Source: Acidobacteriota bacterium (GTDB taxonomy: Bacteria; Acidobacteriota; Polarisedimenticolia; Gp22-AA2). From it: DNA of 64,000 nucleotides. The stretch spans positions 1,895 through 65,894 of the forward strand of contig JAGYID010000014.1 in the NCBI GenBank assembly GCA_018606725.1. Direction: 5' to 3'. The position numbers and the translations under genes are program-made. Shown here piece by piece: positions 1 to 9,558 of this stretch (its first letter is position 1; each line of letters begins with the position of its first letter). Below the pieces are notes generated by a model that saw only the letters and a list, made by a program, of their open reading frames with translations, was not told the DNA's origin and made no database searches.

Positions 1-742
1 GACGGACATGACCGAGGCCCGGCGGAGCGAGAGAATGCTGCGCAGCCTGTCCCATAGTCTCTTGAGGGCGCAGGAGGCCGACCGCAGGCGCCTGGCGGTC
101 GAATTGCACGATCGCGCCAGCCAGAATCTCGGCACGCTCCTCATCCGCCTCCGCGTGCTGGCGGGGAATCTGCCGGCGCGCGCCAAGGCGCTGCAGGGAG
201 AGGTGGCGGAGATCAGCGAGCTGGTCAGCACGACCGCCGACATCGTGGAGGGCATTTCGAGGACGCTTCGACCCAGCGTCCTGGAAATTCTGGGCCTGAT
301 CCCCGCGTTGCGCGCCGTGACCGCGGAGTTCGTGAAGCGGACAGGCATCCCCGTCGAACTGGACTGCGCGCCGGTGCCCGGGCGGCTGTCCGCCGAAGCC
401 GAGCTGGTGCTCTACCGCATTCTCGAGGAGGCCCTGAAAAACATAGAGCAGCACGCCGATGCCCGCCACGTGGCGGTGCATCTGCAGCAGAAGGGGACGA
501 TTGTTGAACTGGCGATCAGGGACGACGGTGCCGGCTTCGATTCGGATCGTCCCCCGGCCGGAAGAAAGAAGAAGAACGGCATGGGACTGATCGGCCTGCG
601 CGAGCGAGCCGCCTACGTGGGCGGCGTCCTCAGGATCAAATCCACCCGGGGTGCCGGCACCGCGATCGAGGCGCGCATTCCCGTGCCGGCAGGCGGCTCT
701 CGTCTGCTACACCCCCGGAAACGTGCGGAGACCGCGGCGTAG
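1..742 (+). CDS. Sensor histidine kinase, C-terminal part (HisKA_3 dimerisation plus HATPase_c). The 5' end is truncated by the window edge.
   Basis: Translation shows an H-box LAVELHDRASQNLGTL followed by the G1/G2 ATP-lid motifs (DDGAGF, GMGLIGLRERA), typical of NarX/DesK-type kinases. The ORF runs off the left edge. Confidence 0.7.
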   Translation, partial: TDMTEARRSERMLRSLSHSLLRAQEADRRRLAVELHDRASQNLGTLLIRLRVLAGNLPARAKALQGEVAEISELVSTTADIVEGISRTLRPSVLEILGLIPALRAVTAEFVKRTGIPVELDCAPVPGRLSAEAELVLYRILEEALKNIEQHADARHVAVHLQQKGTIVELAIRDDGAGFDSDRPPAGRKKKNGMGLIGLRERAAYVGGVLRIKSTRGAGTAIEARIPVPAGGSRLLHPRKRAETAA

Positions 743-783
743 ACTGCCTCTGCGGCGAACCTCCGGGGCGTCTGTGTGCCCGC

Positions 784-1917
784 TCAATCTCCGAGCAGCT
801 CGCCGATCGGCTTCAGGTCTTCGACACGGTCACAAATGGACTTGATCATCACAATGATCGGCACGGCGAGCAGCAGGCCCCAGACCCCCCACATCCACCC
901 CCAGAACATCAGTCCCAGAAACAGCGCGGCCCCGTTCATGCGCACCGTCCTGCCGACGAGCCAGGGTGTCAGCATGTATCCCTCCAGGGTCGTGATGACC
1001 AAGGACAAGCCCGCAAGGTATAAGCCCATCAGCACCGTGCCGAACTGGAGGAAGCCGATCGTGAAGATGCCTCCCATGACGATGGCGGGGCCGAAGTAGG
1101 GAATGGTGTTGAACAGACCGGCGGCGAGCCCCCAGATGGGCGCCTGCTCGAGGCCGACCCACCAGAAGGCGATGCCCGACGCCACGCCGACCAGGACGGA
1201 CATCAACAGCTGGACGAGCATGTACCGGGCGATCTGCGTGTCGATCTCGTCGAGGATCTGCGTCGTGATCTTCCGCTTGAGGGCGGAGGTGCCCGCGATC
1301 TTGATGATCTTCCGTCTGAAGAGATCGCCCGCGATCAGCATGAAGTAGACGAGAAAGAGAACCAGGACCGCCTCGCTGGTCACCGCAATGACCCCCGTGC
1401 CGCCCCACCACAGATAGTCACCCACGTTCACCGGTTTGTCCTCCACCGTCACTCGCGTGACACCGGTTCGCGCCGAGTCGGGTCCGGCCGCCTCCGTGGT
1501 GGTGTTCTCCATTTCGGTGGCGGCCTCCTGCATCTTGCCCATCAGACCCTGTCCGTCGCGCCGACTCACCCTCAAGGATTCGCGAAGTTTTTTCGCAGCG
1601 GCCGGCAGCTTCTCGATGACGGCGACGGCATCGTCGCGCAGCGTGTACATGCCGAAGCCGGCGCCTCCGACGAGCACGGTGAGCAGCACGCCCGCCCCGA
1701 GGGCGCGGGGGATCGACCGCCTCTGAAGCCAGGAGACGATCGGATCGAGCGCGTAGCTGATCAGCACGCCGAAGACGAGCGGGATGAAGACTTCCTGGGC
1801 GAATTTCAGGAACAGCAGGCTGCCGATGCCGGCGAGCACCGCCAGAGAGACGGCCTGAATGTCGATGGGAGCCTTCGAGATCGTCTCGGGCTCGTCGGAC
1901 GGTGTGATGTCTCGCAT
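784..1917 (-). CDS. AI-2E family transporter (PerM/UPF0118-like membrane protein).
   Basis: 378-aa polytopic membrane protein with the AI-2E family's characteristic hydrophobic layout, ending ...AVPIIVMIKSICDRV. Start chosen at MRDITPSDEP inside a longer artefactual ORF. Confidence 0.8.
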   Translation of the reverse strand: MRDITPSDEPETISKAPIDIQAVSLAVLAGIGSLLFLKFAQEVFIPLVFGVLISYALDPIVSWLQRRSIPRALGAGVLLTVLVGGAGFGMYTLRDDAVAVIEKLPAAAKKLRESLRVSRRDGQGLMGKMQEAATEMENTTTEAAGPDSARTGVTRVTVEDKPVNVGDYLWWGGTGVIAVTSEAVLVLFLVYFMLIAGDLFRRKIIKIAGTSALKRKITTQILDEIDTQIARYMLVQLLMSVLVGVASGIAFWWVGLEQAPIWGLAAGLFNTIPYFGPAIVMGGIFTIGFLQFGTVLMGLYLAGLSLVITTLEGYMLTPWLVGRTVRMNGAALFLGLMFWGWMWGVWGLLLAVPIIVMIKSICDRVEDLKPIGELLGD

Positions 1918-1946
1918 ACGATGGTCCCGACTCCGCGGGGCGTCCC

Positions 1947-4052
1947 CTACTGCATGCGTCGGGGCTGGGTTCCATCCGAGACTCCCCAGGCTGCGTGCCG
2001 CAGCCAGGGGGTGAGATCGGCCGCCACGATCGGGGGGCAGAGGTGGAAGCCTTGCGCCGAGTCGCAGCCGAGACCCAGAAGACGGTCGAGAGTCCCCTGG
2101 TCCTCGACGCCTTCGGCGACCACCTTGAGTCCCATGGCATGACCCAGATCGACGATGGGGCGGAGCACGGAGTCGTCCACCTGCCCCAGCTTCGCGGCGA
2201 TGAACGATCTGTCGATCTTGATTTCCCGGACCGGGAGGCGCGAGAGATGCGCCGGTGACGAGAAGCCGGTGCCGAAGTCGTCGATCGCGAGGCCGATTCC
2301 CATGGCGCCGAGGTGCGTCGCCGTCTCGATCACCGGGGCCGCCATCAGGCTGCCCTCCGGGATATCGACTTTCAACTTGCCGGGGTCGACTCTCCACGCG
2401 TCCAGCAGTTCTCTGGCCGTGGCCGGCAAATCCGGGTCCAGCAGGTTCCGCGCCGAGAGGTTCACCGCGACGTCGATATCGAGCCCCGAGTCCAGCCAGA
2501 TCCGGCTCTGCTGCAAGGCCCGGTTGAGCACCCACTGCGTGAGCGGCTTGATGACCCCGGTCTCCTCCGCCGCGGGAATGAACTGACCCGGAGGCACCAG
2601 GCCCAGCTTCGGGTGCTGCCACCGCACGAGCGCCTCCACTCCAATGGTCTTGCCGATCCGGAGGTCGACCTTGGGCTGGAAGTGAAGCACCAGCTCGTCG
2701 TGCGCGATGGCGTGACGCAGTTCGCCTTCCAGCTGGAGATGGGCGGCGATCGGGACGTCCTGCCGGGGAGCGTACACCGAGTAGCCGCACCGGGCACGCT
2801 TGGCCACGTACATCGCCGCATCGGCGTGGCGCATCAGGGTCGGCGCGTCCTGGCCGTCCAGTGGATAAACCGCGATGCCGATGCTGGCGGCGATGCGGAT
2901 ATTGTGCTCGTCGATCAGGAAGGGCTGCTGCAGCGCCTGGAGGATCTTCTTCGCGGTCGTCGCTCCGTCGTCTCCTCCCATGCCGAGGGCGGGCAGGATC
3001 GCGAACTCGTCGCCGCCGAGGCGCGCCACCGTGTCGGAACCGCGGAGCAGGCCTTCCAGGCGCAGGGCGATCTGCTGCAGCAGCTGGTCGCCGACGTGAT
3101 GCCCGTAGGTGTCGTTCACGTCCTTGAAGCCGTCCACGTCCATGATGAGCACGGCCGCCGATTTTCTCTGCCGGCTCCCCGCCAGGATCGCCTGGTGCAG
3201 CCGGTCGTTCAGCAGGGTCCGGTTCGGCAGGCTCGTGAGGACATCGTGAAGGGTCTGGTATTCGAGCGCATCGGTCTGGGCTCTCTGCTCGGAAATGTCC
3301 CGCAGGATGCCGACGAATCGCTCCGCGCCGCCCAGGAGCATGCGCGTGGCGCGGAACTCGATCGGGAAAGCGGATCCGTCCTTGCGCCGGCCCCACATCT
3401 CGCGTGATCCCGGCGTGGCGGTGGCGTCCCGTCCGGGCCGCATCCAGCCGGCGAGGAAGCCCGCGAACTCCTCCCGGTAGGGCTCCGCGATGAGCAGCTC
3501 CGCCTCGCGGCCCAGGACATCGCCCATCTGATAGCCAAACAGCCTCTGGGCCGCCCGGTTGAAGGATGCGATGCGGCCGTTATCGTCGGTCGCCACGATT
3601 CCGTCGAAGAAGTCATCCAGCATCGAGTGGATCTCGTCGCCGCCCTTCAGCGCGCCCGACAGCCGGCGCTCGCCTGCCTCGTCCAACTCGAGGACGCAGG
3701 CGAACGACCGATCGCGGACGCCGGTTGCGACCGATGCGCTGATCCGGCCCGGAGCCGGCCGGCCGTCGGCACGGAGGAAATGCTGCTCCAGCCGGATCTC
3801 GTCAACCTCGCCGGCCAGGAGCCGCCGGGAATTCGACCCCACGAATTCCAGATCGTGCGGATCGGTGACGGCCCCCAGCGTGGTGCGCAGCAACTGCCTT
3901 CTGGTGTATCCCAGCAGCGTGCAGAGTCTCGGGTTGACCTGCAGGAAGCGCCCCTCGGAACTGATCAGCGCAAGGCCTACGGGAGCGTCATCGTAGGCGC
4001 GCCTGCCTGCCCGGCGTCTGGAGCGCGACTTCATCCGGGTCTGCTCTTTCAC
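1947..4052 (-). CDS. PAS/PAS-GGDEF-EAL signalling protein (c-di-GMP turnover).
   Basis: PAS-like segments are followed by a GGDEF domain (RLGGDEF present) and an EAL domain (EALVRW, DDFGTG motifs). Confidence 0.85.
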   Translation of the reverse strand: MKEQTRMKSRSRRRAGRRAYDDAPVGLALISSEGRFLQVNPRLCTLLGYTRRQLLRTTLGAVTDPHDLEFVGSNSRRLLAGEVDEIRLEQHFLRADGRPAPGRISASVATGVRDRSFACVLELDEAGERRLSGALKGGDEIHSMLDDFFDGIVATDDNGRIASFNRAAQRLFGYQMGDVLGREAELLIAEPYREEFAGFLAGWMRPGRDATATPGSREMWGRRKDGSAFPIEFRATRMLLGGAERFVGILRDISEQRAQTDALEYQTLHDVLTSLPNRTLLNDRLHQAILAGSRQRKSAAVLIMDVDGFKDVNDTYGHHVGDQLLQQIALRLEGLLRGSDTVARLGGDEFAILPALGMGGDDGATTAKKILQALQQPFLIDEHNIRIAASIGIAVYPLDGQDAPTLMRHADAAMYVAKRARCGYSVYAPRQDVPIAAHLQLEGELRHAIAHDELVLHFQPKVDLRIGKTIGVEALVRWQHPKLGLVPPGQFIPAAEETGVIKPLTQWVLNRALQQSRIWLDSGLDIDVAVNLSARNLLDPDLPATARELLDAWRVDPGKLKVDIPEGSLMAAPVIETATHLGAMGIGLAIDDFGTGFSSPAHLSRLPVREIKIDRSFIAAKLGQVDDSVLRPIVDLGHAMGLKVVAEGVEDQGTLDRLLGLGCDSAQGFHLCPPIVAADLTPWLRHAAWGVSDGTQPRRMQ

Positions 4053-4218
4053 CCATGTCCTCGTCGGGTTGCGACTTGGCTCCCGATACTGGCGTGGTAT
4101 TTATAACGCCGTGGTCAGAACCGGGCAATTCGGGAGTTTCATGAATCATCGGTCGGGACGCTCCTGACACCCGTCGGGTTGGATCTTCAAGTTAAGATGT
4201 CCCACTACCGAGGACCGC

Positions 4219-5556
4219 ATGCGTGTGCCACTGCTGGAGTCCATGTCGATCCGGGCGCGAGCCCGCTCCCACGGGGTGCTGACCGAAAATCGACTGCTCT
4301 CCGAGGTGGTCGGGCGCGCGCTGATGCTTCGTTCGCGCTTCGGCCGCCGCTCGGACGCGCACCGGCTGAACGACCTCCTGATCGCCTGCCGGCGCATCGC
4401 TTCCCCGTCCGCGCGGCGGCGGCTCAAACGCGCGGTGGCGCCATGGATCGAGCCGCAGCGCGCCGAGGAGTGGCGGCGAGCGCGCCTCGGGTGGGACCGC
4501 TACTACCGGGAGTTCGATCTGGCGAAGCCCGCGCTCCACACGAGCCTGCTCCTCAAGGCCCCCGGCCCCAACGGCGAGAAGGGCGTGCTCTACATGTCGT
4601 TCGAGTACAACTTCATGCGGCTGCTCGCCCATCACGACGCACGCCGCTTCTTGTCCGAGTACCTCGTCGTGGTCGCGACGTCGTGGTCGCCCACCGATTA
4701 CGGGGTGTTCGCGAGCTACGCCGGTCTGTCGGACGACCCGCTGTTCGCCGGCATCTCGAACCTCGCCGACATCGAGGCCTACCGGGTGATGGGACCAACG
4801 GTGGAGCCGGTCCCGCTGATGGCCAGCGACTGGATCGATCCCCGCTTCTACACGCCCAGGCCGCATGCCGAACGCGAGGTCGACATCCTCATGGTCGCGA
4901 ACTTCACGAGGTTCAAGCGACACTGGCTGCTCTTCCGCGCGCTCAAGCGCATGCGTCCCAATCTGCGGGTCACTCTCATCGGCATCCCGTCGCCGGATCG
5001 CTCGGCCGACCTGCTGCGCGCCGAGGCCAGGGCGTTCGGTGCGCCGCAGGACCTGGAGATCGTTTCCAACGCCAACATCGATGTCGTGACCGCGTACCAG
5101 TGCAACGCGCGCACATCGATCATCCTGAGCAAGCGCGAGGGCTCGTGCGTGGCGACCGCCGAGTGCCTGTTCGCGAACACGCCGATGGGGCTGCTTGGCG
5201 ACGCCCACGTCGGCTCCAAGGCTTACATCAACGAGCGCACCGGTGTCCTTTTCTCCGAGCGCGCGCTGGCCCGCGAGCTCAGCGCGTTTCTCGAAGCGAG
5301 CGGTGACTTCCAGCCGCGCGCCTGGGCGATGGAGCACATCACCTGTCATCGATCGTCGGACCGGTTGAACGCGCAGCTCCGCGAGTATTCGCTCCAGCGC
5401 GGCCGGCCGTGGACCCGCGACATCGCGCCGCTCTGCTGGCGCTACGTGCCGAGCTATGTGTCCGCCGACGACGAGCGGCGCCTCGCTCCGGCGCTCGAAG
5501 ATCTCAAGACGCGCCACGGCGTCGAGCTGAAGAAATGGGTCTACAGGCCGCACTGA
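4219..5556 (+). CDS. Putative GT4-like (GT-B fold) glycosyltransferase.
   Basis: Protein-like composition, unlike the antisense ORF 4192..5586. The C-terminal segment SKREGSCVATAECLFANTPMG resembles the GT4 E-x7-E sugar-donor motif. A GAGGA ribosome-binding site (RBS) lies upstream. Confidence 0.45.
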   Translation: MRVPLLESMSIRARARSHGVLTENRLLSEVVGRALMLRSRFGRRSDAHRLNDLLIACRRIASPSARRRLKRAVAPWIEPQRAEEWRRARLGWDRYYREFDLAKPALHTSLLLKAPGPNGEKGVLYMSFEYNFMRLLAHHDARRFLSEYLVVVATSWSPTDYGVFASYAGLSDDPLFAGISNLADIEAYRVMGPTVEPVPLMASDWIDPRFYTPRPHAEREVDILMVANFTRFKRHWLLFRALKRMRPNLRVTLIGIPSPDRSADLLRAEARAFGAPQDLEIVSNANIDVVTAYQCNARTSIILSKREGSCVATAECLFANTPMGLLGDAHVGSKAYINERTGVLFSERALARELSAFLEASGDFQPRAWAMEHITCHRSSDRLNAQLREYSLQRGRPWTRDIAPLCWRYVPSYVSADDERRLAPALEDLKTRHGVELKKWVYRPH

Positions 5557-5575
5557 CCACCTCGGAGGAATAACC

Positions 5576-7177
5576 GTGCGAACCATTCAGGCCGCGCATT
5601 TCGTCGGAGTCTGGGGAGTCTCGGGCGTCTCGATTGCGCTCTGCTTCGGCGCGCCGGAGGTCGGCCCCTCCGCGCCCGAGCGCCCCAGGATGTTCGTCGA
5701 GACCGCCGCGTCCCCGGTCACGGGGAAAACGATGGTCCTTCGCGCCGGAGGGAATCTGCAGGCGGCGCTCGACGCGGCCCGGCCGGGCGACGCGATCACG
5801 CTGCCGCCGGGAGCATCGTTCCGCGGGCCGTTTACGCTCCCCAGGAAGACGGGCGACGGCTGGATCGTGGTGCGCACCGCCGACGACGTTGGCCTCCCCC
5901 CCGCGGGGACCCGGGTCACCCCCGCCGACGCGGCGCACATGCCGAGGCTCGAGTCGGCTGACGGCCCGGCGATCGAGGCGGCACCTGGAGCGCACCATTT
6001 CCGCTTCGTCGGGATCGAGGTCCGCCCGACCAAGGGGACGTTCCTGTACAACCTGGTGCAGCTGGGAGACCGGGAGTCGCGCGCCGAGGAGACTCCGCAC
6101 CACATCATCTTCGATCGCTGCTACCTGCACGGCGACCCCGACAAGGGGACGCGGCGGGGGATCGCGCTGAACTCGAGGCATACGGCCGTCATCGACTCCG
6201 TGTTGGTCGATTTCAAGGAGAGCGGCGCCGACACCCAGGCCCTCTGCGGCTGGAACGGTCCCGGCCCGTTTGCCATCGTCAACAACCGTCTCGAGGCGGG
6301 GGGGGAGAACGTCATGTTCGGCGGCGCCGATCCGGCCATACCCGGTCTGGTCCCCTCCGATATCGAGATCCGCCGCAATCATTTCACCAAGCCCGTAGCC
6401 TGGAAGGAGGGGACGCCGGAGTACCGGGGGACCTCGTGGACGGTGAAAAACCTCTTCGAGCTGAAGAACGCCCGGCGCGTTCTGGTGGACGGGAACCTGT
6501 TCGAGCACAATTGGGCGCAGGCGCAGACCGGTTTCGCCATCCTGTACACGGTGCGCAATGAAGACGGGAAAGTCCCGTGGGCGGCGGTCGAGGACGTGAC
6601 CTTCACGAATAACATCGTGCGCGGCGTCGGCGCGGGCGTGAACATCCTCGGCCGGGATGCCGGACCCCCGGGCAAGAGCGGACTGACCCGGCGCCTGCGC
6701 ATCGCCAACAACCTGTTCGAGGACGTCGGCAAGGGGTGGGGAGGCTCCGGCATCCTGTTCCAGGTGCTCGAGGGCGCCTCCGACGTAGTCATCGAACATA
6801 ATACCGGTCTACAGTCCGGCAGCATCATCATGGCCGAGGGGACGCCGCACGACCGGTTCGTCTTCCGCGACAACATCGTCCTGCACAACGAGTACGGCAT
6901 CAACGGGTCGGGCACGGCCTCGGGTTCGGGCACGCTGCAGGCCTATTTCCCGAACGCCACCGTGAAGGGGAACGTCATCGTGGGCGGGGCCCCGGACCGC
7001 TACCCGCCGGGCAACTCGTTTCCGGCCAGCCCCGGCGAAGTTGGCTTCAAGGACGCCGCGCACGACGATTATTCCCTCGCCCCCAAGAGCCGCTTTCGCA
7101 ACAAGGCGACCGACGGCAAGGACCCCGGAGTCGATCTGCTGGCGCTTCGGAACGGCATGGCGGAGAAGGAGCCCTGA
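5576..7177 (+). CDS. Right-handed parallel beta-helix (pectate-lyase-fold) repeat protein, probably exported.
   Basis: Repeated N/G-rich beta-helix turns (NNRLEAGGENVMFGG, NIVRGVGAGVNILG, NNLFEDVGKGWGGSGILF) and an N-terminal hydrophobic segment. Confidence 0.55.
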   Translation: MRTIQAAHFVGVWGVSGVSIALCFGAPEVGPSAPERPRMFVETAASPVTGKTMVLRAGGNLQAALDAARPGDAITLPPGASFRGPFTLPRKTGDGWIVVRTADDVGLPPAGTRVTPADAAHMPRLESADGPAIEAAPGAHHFRFVGIEVRPTKGTFLYNLVQLGDRESRAEETPHHIIFDRCYLHGDPDKGTRRGIALNSRHTAVIDSVLVDFKESGADTQALCGWNGPGPFAIVNNRLEAGGENVMFGGADPAIPGLVPSDIEIRRNHFTKPVAWKEGTPEYRGTSWTVKNLFELKNARRVLVDGNLFEHNWAQAQTGFAILYTVRNEDGKVPWAAVEDVTFTNNIVRGVGAGVNILGRDAGPPGKSGLTRRLRIANNLFEDVGKGWGGSGILFQVLEGASDVVIEHNTGLQSGSIIMAEGTPHDRFVFRDNIVLHNEYGINGSGTASGSGTLQAYFPNATVKGNVIVGGAPDRYPPGNSFPASPGEVGFKDAAHDDYSLAPKSRFRNKATDGKDPGVDLLALRNGMAEKEP

Positions 7178-7375
7178 CCACGGCCGCGACGAGTTCCACG
7201 GTATCCCGTCGCAGCGTTCGCCAGGTTCCATCGGGAAAATCCCGACCGGCAGTTCAGGGGGCGCCTCACTGCCCCGCCCCGGATCATCCTCGTATAGTGC
7301 CGGCTCATTGTTGGCTCGATCCGTTCTGAGGATTGGTTCGCCCAGAAGGTCAATGCCCGGCATGAGGAGGGAATC

Positions 7376-7924
7376 ATGAAAGTCATGAATGTGAAGAAGG
7401 TCGTGATGCTCCTGGCAATCCTGACGCTGTTCTCCGCTCCGAGCTGGGCGGGCAGCTTCAGCGCCTTCGGCTCCTACTGGGATACGAACGATGCCGACGG
7501 CAGTTGGGGAGCGGGTGCGCGCGTCGGATTCGACCTGACGAAGAGGATTGAGTTTGAATTCCACGGAACGTACTATCCCGACTTCAAGAACGACGAATTT
7601 CCCGGCCAGACCATCGAGCTCACCGCCATTCCCGTCGACGGCGGCATGAAATTCAATTTCGCGCCCGACAAGACCGTGAATCCCTTCCTGGGCGCAGGGG
7701 TCACCTACTATTTCATGAGCATCAGTCCCGGCAGCGTGGACGACCAGACCGGCGTCTATATCGATGGGGGCCTCGATATCGGAAGCAAGGACGGCACCCG
7801 GTTCTTCGCCGAGGTGATGTGGCGCAAGGTGGATACCTCGATCAGTTTCGGCTCCTTCGACAGTGACGTGAATTTCGATGGGCTCGCTCTGAACATGGGC
7901 GCCACCTGGCGCTGGGGCAAATAG
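7376..7924 (+). CDS. Outer-membrane beta-barrel protein (OmpA-N/OmpW-like porin family).
   Basis: Signal peptide MKVMNVKKVVMLLAILTLFSAPSWA, alternating aromatic/hydrophobic beta-strands, C-terminal ...ATWRWGK with a terminal aromatic residue. Strong GAGGAGGG RBS. Confidence 0.6.
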   Translation: MKVMNVKKVVMLLAILTLFSAPSWAGSFSAFGSYWDTNDADGSWGAGARVGFDLTKRIEFEFHGTYYPDFKNDEFPGQTIELTAIPVDGGMKFNFAPDKTVNPFLGAGVTYYFMSISPGSVDDQTGVYIDGGLDIGSKDGTRFFAEVMWRKVDTSISFGSFDSDVNFDGLALNMGATWRWGK

Positions 7925-8008
7925 GAGCCGGACCTGGACTATACTTTTGCACCCTGATGTCGGTTCCGGGGGCTGAAAGTCGCGGGAACCGCCTGGCGGG
8001 GTGAAGCG

Positions 8009-8305
8009 ATGTCGGAAACCCCGGCAATTCGGTCGAGAATCAAGCAGCTCCTCGTGGATGCGCTCCACCTGGAGGGGCTCGCTCCCTCGAAGATCGCCGA
8101 CGACGCGCCGCTGTTCGGCGAAGGTCTCGGGCTCGATTCCGTGGACGCGCTGGAACTCGTGGTCGCTCTCGAGAAGGAGTTCGGGGTCCGGATCCAGAAC
8201 CACGAGGTCGGCAAAGAGGCGTTCGCCTCGGTCAGCGCCCTGGCGGCCTTCATCGACGGGCGCCTCGCCGCCGCGGGGAGCGCGAATGCCGGCAGCTCAT
8301 CCTGA
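8009..8305 (+). CDS. Acyl carrier protein.
   Basis: LGLDSVDALELV phosphopantetheine-attachment motif (Ser in DSV). Its 3' end overlaps the KS start by 20 nt. Confidence 0.8.
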   Translation: MSETPAIRSRIKQLLVDALHLEGLAPSKIADDAPLFGEGLGLDSVDALELVVALEKEFGVRIQNHEVGKEAFASVSALAAFIDGRLAAAGSANAGSSS

Positions 8306-9554
8306 TCGCGTTGCGTCCCGCGCCGTCGCCGTCACCGGTCTCGGCGCGGTCAGCCCCCTCGGCTGGAGCCTGGAGTCGCTGTGGGACGGCCTGCGGTCCG
8401 GCAGGACCGCCGTCGGTCCGTTCGACCGCTTCGACCACTCCGGCCATCGCACCCACGTCGCAGCCCAGGTCGATCTGGCGGCGGAGCCGGGGCGGCCGCG
8501 CGGCAAACCGCGCCGGATGTCGATCGCCGATCGGTTTGCCGTGGCCGCGGCCCGCGAGGCCGTGGCGCGGTCCGCGATCGATCTCGACGGCTGCGGCGGG
8601 CGCGCCGGCGTCTACTTCGGCAGCAGCACCGGCGGGATGCTCGAGACCGAGACCTACCTCGAGACCCTCCTCGCGGCCGCGGCCGGCCGTGGCAAGTCGC
8701 CCGCGGCGAGCCCCCTCGCCTCGCAGCAGCACAACGGTCCCGGCGATGCGGTGGCCCGCGATCTTCGGATCGGCGGGCCGGTGCAGACCATCTCCGCCGC
8801 GTGCGCGTCGGGCGCCATGGCGATCGGCGACGCCATTCTCGCCATTCGTCGCGGGGAGGTGGAGGTCGCGATCGCCGGAGGCTCCGACTCGCTCTGCCGG
8901 CTGACCTACGCGGGGTTCAACGCGCTGCGCGCGGTGGACGAACGTCCCTGCAGGCCGTTCCGCGGGGACCGCGCCGGCCTGTCGCTCGGCGAGGGCGCGG
9001 CCGCGCTCGTTCTGGAACCCCTCGAGCGGGCCCTGGCGCGCGGCGCGCGGCCGCTCGCCATCGCTGCCGGGGAGGCGGCGACGTGCGATGCGCACCACAT
9101 GACATCGCCCCACCCCGAGGGGCTCGGCGCCGCGGAGGCGATCAAGGGGGCGCTCGCGGACGCGCGGCTCGATCCCTCCGAAATCGACTTCGTCAACGCC
9201 CACGGCACCGGCACGCCGCTGAACGACGCGGCGGAGTGCGAGGCCCTGGTCGCCGTGTTCGGCGACCGGGCGCCGGATCTTCCGGTGACCTCCACCAAGT
9301 CGCTCGTCGGCCACCTGCTGGGTTCGGCCGGGGCGCTGGAGGCCGTGGCGACGATCCTCTGCCTCCTCCATGGGGAGGTCCACCCGATGCCGGACGACGG
9401 GGTGTCCGATCCCGGGATCCGGCTGCGGCTGGTCCTGGGGCGCCCGCTGCGGCTCGCGCGGGCGCGGCACGCGCTCTCCACGAGCCTGGCGTTCGGCGGC
9501 GCCAATGCCGCGCTGGTGTTCACGCGCCACGGAGAACAGCACCCTGCGCGCTGA
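8286..9554 (+). CDS. Beta-ketoacyl-ACP synthase (FabF/KAS II-type, type II PKS KS-alpha-like).
   Basis: VAVTGLGAVSPLG N-terminus, active-site Cys in ISAACASGAMAIG, and His motifs in NAHGTGTPLND and KSLVGHLLGSAG. Confidence 0.85.
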   Translation: MPAAHPDRVASRAVAVTGLGAVSPLGWSLESLWDGLRSGRTAVGPFDRFDHSGHRTHVAAQVDLAAEPGRPRGKPRRMSIADRFAVAAAREAVARSAIDLDGCGGRAGVYFGSSTGGMLETETYLETLLAAAAGRGKSPAASPLASQQHNGPGDAVARDLRIGGPVQTISAACASGAMAIGDAILAIRRGEVEVAIAGGSDSLCRLTYAGFNALRAVDERPCRPFRGDRAGLSLGEGAAALVLEPLERALARGARPLAIAAGEAATCDAHHMTSPHPEGLGAAEAIKGALADARLDPSEIDFVNAHGTGTPLNDAAECEALVAVFGDRAPDLPVTSTKSLVGHLLGSAGALEAVATILCLLHGEVHPMPDDGVSDPGIRLRLVLGRPLRLARARHALSTSLAFGGANAALVFTRHGEQHPAR

Positions 9555-9558
9555 GACG

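Noticed and set aside
4192-5586. 464-aa ORF on the minus strand overlapping the GT4-like gene.
   Set aside because: R/A/G-rich low-complexity translation typical of the antisense frame in roughly 70% GC DNA. The plus-strand ORF has protein-like composition and an RBS.
5504-8203. Long minus-strand ORFs (5504..6799, 6809..8203) antisense to the beta-helix and OM-barrel genes.
   Set aside because: Composition artefacts with no domain signal. The sense-strand genes have clear family features.
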